Notes under the pieces: model-generated
What the model saw: the letters and a program-made list of their open reading frames with translations, nothing else
Told to the model about the DNA's origin: nothing
The model's database searches: none
In this document: positions 42,410-47,574 of the stretch, piece after piece
Position numbering within the stretch: the first letter of the stretch is position 1
Layout of the letters: each line of letters opens with the position of its first letter
Program-made: the position numbers and the translations under genes
Source of the DNA: Tubulanus polymorphus
Taxonomy: Eukaryota; Animalia; Nemertea
Reading direction: 5' to 3'
NCBI RefSeq assembly: GCF_964204645.1
Contig: NW_027437485.1
Span: 1-47,574, forward strand
Length of the DNA: 47,574 bases

Positions 42410-43726
42410 GCTCGATTCAATTCCAAAAAACTACAGCAGCGGCAAATAACCATCGCAATATTGCAATTTATGACAAACAACGCGTTAATTCAATCACTGT
42501 TGTTTAACGCATGCAAAAGATAATAAAAGGTATTTTTTCCCGGCGCGCATTACAAAGCGAATCTCTGCCGAGTGCGTAAGAGGGTGCTACCGCCTTATGA
42601 GTGCGCAGCAGGCGGGTAGGGCGTCCTAAAGTGAAAACTTATATTAGAATATAGCCAAATCGAATTTTACAATGTCAGTCAACTGATTGATGATACTACA
42701 TGGTTGTTCTCGGCGTACTTAACAATGATATTTTCCTCCAATAAACAACTCTGGTAAAATTGAATAAAATGATCTATCTTTATTGGTGATATTGTATCAT
42801 GGTGGTAGCCTACCGTTTGATGTTTCGTGTCATCATGAAATGGTTTTAACTTTAGTAAAGGCGTTCCCGCACGATCACATACGGGTTTCAGTCACGAGTA
42901 GGCTGCCGTTCAACTGCTCTAGAAATACGTATTCTGACGCTGAGAATGAATCCCAAATAATCCCATGGATACTGATAGTTGGAATAACAGTGATATCCAA
43001 ACACTGTGACTGTGATATTTATAAACCGGAGGTACATAATTTTATGTTTTTCTATTCAGAAGAGGCTGTTCCCCATTCTTTACTGCCAATGTCAAAGCGG
43101 ACATATCGCTACGCGATTGTTTAACCCGCTTTCATCTACCAGATAATGAACGAGAAAAATGCGATCGAATAATTTTTTGGACCATTAAATCAGAAATCTG
43201 GCGACGCTATGTTGTGGGGAATAATTGAAAACTTTTTTAGTCATTTTCAGCTCATCTTCACCCGTCAAGGGATTCGAACCCACTACGCTAAAGCTGTTCC
43301 CCGAACCCCTTGACCTCACGAGTCGTTGGAGTCGTTACTAGCCGACCAGAATCCGGTCGTACCAATCAGAGCGCTTGTAACAAACCGTCAGTAGACTTCT
43401 GTTGGTTTTCCCGTTAAATTGACCAATCAGCGAACGTTTTACCGAACAAGGAAGTATTTCGCAAATCGATATATGACGTCACGCGCAACAGCGCCAGTAA
43501 TGAAATCACGCTTCGTGAGGCCAGGGGGCTGGTGGAAGCGAGTTCGGGAGTGATACCGGACCCCTGGCAAGCGAGGATGTTTTCAGCTGTTTCTAATGTT
43601 TTACGTGAACGGAGTGACACTTTGAAGTTACTATGAAAATGAGAAAGTCGGTGCTATTTTTTCGTACTACTATTTTCGATCCATTTTACTAGCATTGGCA
43701 TGACGTCATAGACGTCAACCAATGCT

Positions 43727-43850
43727 AAAAATTAAAAATATCTCATTTCCATGAAATCCCGTAAACGGAGTCAAGTCCCGTAACCAAAAATTAAAAATAT
43801 CTAATTTCCATCAAATCCCGTAAACGGCGTCTCAGTCCGGTCGTAACCAT
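43727..43850. repeat. Same 59-bp repeat, about 2 units
   Basis: aaaaatatctcatttccatgaaatcccgtaaacggagtc repeated. Confidence 0.8.
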
Positions 43851-44385
43851 GATCACGCGCAGATCCTGCTCCTTGTTGCGCATGCGTGAACTGGAAGTCC
43901 CGTAAACGCAGACCGGAGGATACACTTACGGACTTCGTAAGCGTGGACAGTTTGATTATAAAAAGCTTACCCCCAATGATTAGGTAACTAACTAATGTCC
44001 ATTTCAACCTTCCGGTCTCCCCCAGAAAATTTTGAAAAATTTCAAGGGCTGAGATGACATTTCCTGGGTTTTGGAAGAGAAAAATCCTGTTTTAATATGG
44101 GTACTTTTTTCCAAGGGATCAGCTAAGTCAAAAAGGAAAAATGCTGACTACCGCATTAGCGGCAAGTGCGGTAGGCTAAATCCGCCACTGGATTTAGGTC
44201 GACTGCCAGTCCTTTCTGGTCCCATTACGACCTTTATCAGGTATGTATTACCAAAAATTAGCGAGCAAGGCCACCAGGAATGCTCTCAAGTCAGGTTGAA
44301 ATAGACATGAGCCAGGCCACATCGCGGTGATATTAGCGATTGGTAAAAGTGCAGATCCGCACCTCTCGTGATTGACAATCTGCAG

Positions 44386-45390
44386 CGGTCATCCTTATTA
44401 CCGAGATGACATTTTACCGAGATGAAATTAAATATAACATATTTATTTATTCCTTATCGATTTTAACAATTGATATCATATTATATCAGTAATAAATGCT
44501 TGCTGGAGTCATATTTTACATATTTTGTCGGATATTTTTGTAGAAAAATAACTTTTAACTTTACCGAGATGAGATCGTCGATCAATCAAATTCAATGAAA
44601 TTTTATTGCTAACCTTGAACTTGAACTTTAATTTTATTGCTCCATATAATATACAAGTTACATAGGAAATGACATGCAATATAATGTTAACATCAAAACA
44701 CGGGGAAAACAGTACATAAGTGGACATACATTTATAATCGCTTTTATAATGGATAACATAGGAATAGAGAATATTTGCAAATAAAATGTGAAATGTAAAA
44801 CAAAATATAATACTACAGCAAGGAAACTAGGTGGCGATACAATCAAGTGAATAGAATATAAAAAGAATCAAAGTGTTGAACGGAGGGCAAATGAAGAGTT
44901 AACTAGGTTACATACAAGGCTGGCAATTTCATAGTCTCCGTTGTTATAAGACATCAAAAATAAGAATTTATCGAAAACACAAAAAGACTCAAACTCTGTG
45001 AAACTTACAAGTGAGGATAAAATGGAAACTCTGGCAGGATGAAGCGAGGGACACTCGAGTAAATAGTGGGATTCGTCCTCAACGACTTTATTAACAGTAC
45101 AGTAGGGGCAAAATCTCTCATTGGCTGGTAAAAATGGACGACAGTGACGCCCCGTCTCGATTCTAAGCCGATGGGAACCAAGACGCAGTTTGGAAAATTT
45201 GCGTCTTTTAAGGAAAGAGTTCGAAATCAAATATATTTTTCTAGTTCAAAGCATTTTTTAAAAAGTTTATAAGTTCTTAATTTGGGGTTGGAATTACGAT
45301 AAGGAATAAATAAATATGCTATATTTCATTTCATCTCATTCTCCTCGGTTCATCTCAGTAAAATAGTCATCTCGGTTATAAGGATGACCC
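44386..45390. mobile_element. Long-TIR (Merlin- or Mutator-like) non-autonomous element
   Basis: 8-bp TSD ATCTGCAG; TIR GGTCATCCTTAT with CCGAGATGA subrepeats; paralog at about 499-890. Confidence 0.75.
44615..45295 (-). mobile_element. LINE 3' fragment (CR1/L2-group-like ORF2 C-terminus plus tail)
   Basis: KLRTYKLFK / KLRLGSHRLRIETGRH..ERFCPYC..VEDESHYLLECP; AATAAA followed by an (AAGTTC)n tail on the minus strand. Confidence 0.85.
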
Positions 45391-45591
45391 ATCTGCAGAA
45401 TGACAGAATCCAGGCTAAAATCTTTCTACTGAAGATATATTAAAATTAACCAATGGAAATGTACCGAATTGCTGATGACATTTTGAATCTGAAACAATGA
45501 TATTTATTAAGTAATTGATTGAACCGTGGCGTTTACCTGTTTACGCGGAGAGGTGCGGATCTGCACTTTTACCCACAGGCACTTGAATATT

Positions 45592-45894
45592 GAAACGATC
45601 CTATCTCCGTAATGCTTAAATCTACCCGCAGTTAGCGGGACAGCCGAACACTGCCGATGATTGCCGAAGTACGTCCTTAGTGTCAATTTTAATCCTGAAA
45701 TATAAGGAGCGCTCATAATTTCAATTGTAGATGATTTTTTTGGAAACATTGACACTGTTTTAGCTCCATTACAGATTTTAAATGGCAACAAAATTGATTT
45801 TTGAAAATTCACGATGCCTCTTCGGGATTGCTGTGACGTCATCTGTCCCGATAACTGTGGGTAGATTTAAGCATTACGGAGATAGGATCGTTTC
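45592..45894. mobile_element. Inverted-repeat MITE
   Basis: Near-perfect TIR of about 52 bp, GAAACGATCCTATCTCCGTAATGCTTAAATCTACCC.CAGTTA.CGGGACAG. Confidence 0.7.
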
Positions 45895-46212
45895 CAGCCT
45901 TTCTGTATAGTATAGCTAAACGACGGGCGCGCGTTGCATCATGGGTAAATTTATTATTAAAACATGGTGGATCTATCGAAGTAGGATTAATGTATCGCTG
46001 GTGAATTATCAAATATTAATCCATTATCAAAGCCCATATTCAAGTGCCTGTGTTTTACCTAGCGATTTTTCGGCGCCTGTGCCGGAGCAGTGTGTGTTCA
46101 CCTTTGTATATTTGGAACCCAACTTCTTTGATTTTGGGTCGTTTTGGTTCCGTCTCGTCGCCGGGGAATTCTCCAGCCCAGCTCGTGTTTACGTTTGTTT
46201 TGCGAAAGGTAG

Positions 46213-46265
46213 GCAAAAGGTAGAAAGTTTCTAATGTCCGATCGACAGTACCGGTAGCGCCGCTA
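46213..46265 (-). promoter_or_regulatory. Unexplained element, copy 1 (AGCGGCGCTA ... GGACA-NN-AGAAACTTTCTACCTTTTGC)
   Basis: 25/27-nt identity with 47474-47500 in the opposite orientation; function not established. Confidence 0.35.
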
Positions 46266-47454
46266 CTTAGCAATAATAAGAACTAATGTTATTGACGATG
46301 TTTTGTTAAGTGGAAAGACGCCGAGTACCAGTATATATCCGATAGGTTCGAATCCCCAATTTCTTCGGGATGATTTGATTTTAAAATAGCGATCGTTTTA
46401 ATAGATTTGGTGTACCTTATTAAACTTACCCACCGTCAACACACCTGCCGGATGTGAAACAGGGGACGTCCTATTCCAATGACGCTAAAGATTTTGTGTG
46501 AATTTTATGGTACTGTAACGGCGGTATGAATTAAATTCAGCTTAGACTGAGAGTAAAGTATTTTAAGGCAAACTCTAATGGGCTAACTGCACATCGTCGA
46601 AAGACTTCTCATCCATCGATACTTGATAAAAATGAAATAAAACATCTAGTTCCAATTATCTCATGTAAGCATAACATTTATTTTGAAAATCTCAACCATA
46701 CATCAAAACATTTTAAAGCCTTCTATATCAAATGCAATCTTTTGCTAACATAAACAATAGACAAATGGCCATATCTCTATCATATTAATTATATCACGAT
46801 TGCTAAATATTGCGATATTAATTGAAATCGTTCAACCAACAAATGAATTTAGTTAACATAATATCATCACAAACCATTCATATCCTTGGCAAAGGGCTTA
46901 TAAGCTTTTAGAATATCCAAACAGGAAAACTTTAGTCTCATTTCTATGCGAGTAGAAATACATTATCATTATCTTTGCATTATATATAACATCCATATCT
47001 GTGCATTATATATATGTTTATAATGTCATATCTCTTAATAATAATCAATCCAATAATTAGATTAATAATACTAATTTATTTATAAATTAATAATTGGTAA
47101 TTAAACTATCAACTCTGCTATAATTGAGTTACACATGAGGTAAAAAAATTATGACATAAAAACTCCTGTCAGAGTAATAGAAGTAACTGTCTAATACATG
47201 AAATAACACATTTTATACAATGAGCTGAGCTCTGAATCTGATGAAAATATTCAATCTGAGATCTTACGGATGATGTTATTTTAGCCCTCTACTTCTGAAA
47301 ACTGAATAGCGCGCTGTGAACTTCAACTTCAAAACAAATTTGTTGAACAGCAGTGTATCGAAAAACTGTACGTACAGTGTACCGCGAACTGAACGCGGCG
47401 TCTTCTCACTTTAGAAAATTATCGACTTGACAGATTAGTTCGATTTTCGACCGC

Positions 47455-47500
47455 AGCGGCGCTATACGACATTGGACAAAAGAAACTTTCTACCTTTTGC
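47455..47500 (+). promoter_or_regulatory. Unexplained element, copy 2, leading into CpG-rich sequence
   Basis: Same bipartite motif, followed by CpG-rich sequence with an ETS-like ACTTCCG near 47536. Confidence 0.35.
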
Positions 47501-47574
47501 GTTTGTTTTACGACGCCGCTCGCTGGCGCCGCCTCACTTCCGTGCGAGCGTTTTCGCGGTGGTGGTGTTGCGTG

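Larger units (their letters stand above)
44341..45574. mobile_element. MITE with TIR GGTAAAAGTGCAGATCCGCACCTCTC, carrying nested inserts
   Basis: 26-bp inverted repeat at 44342-44367 and 45548-45573; a lone related end at 39426-39451. Confidence 0.7.

Overview
AT-rich, intron-containing metazoan genomic DNA, probably from an invertebrate; a lophotrochozoan-type host is inferred from the repeat landscape only. Most of the window is a complete + strand DNA ligase III (LIG3) gene. I traced 20 coding exons (3189-35904) with GT-AG junctions in consistent phase, giving 994 aa from the first ATG or 916 aa from the second. Domain order: putative mitochondrial presequence, PARP-type zinc finger, DNA-binding domain, adenylation domain (KYDGER), OB fold, Ser/Pro linker, an extra PBZ (PAR-binding CCHH) finger on its own exon, and BRCT. 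A convergent CCDC115/VMA22 gene with an intronless CDS lies at 38664-39359 (-). The introns hold a decayed DIRS tyrosine-recombinase retrotransposon and a young Penelope-like element with perfect 122-bp inverted termini and a 14-bp TSD. Those termini carry a hammerhead-ribozyme-like motif with a G3-C8 swapped core. There are also many Helentron-type (HINE/DINE-1-like) repeats and multi-level nests of MITEs. The window ends with an unexplained divergent pair of near-identical 27-nt elements. All calls were made by eye; no alignment or search was run.
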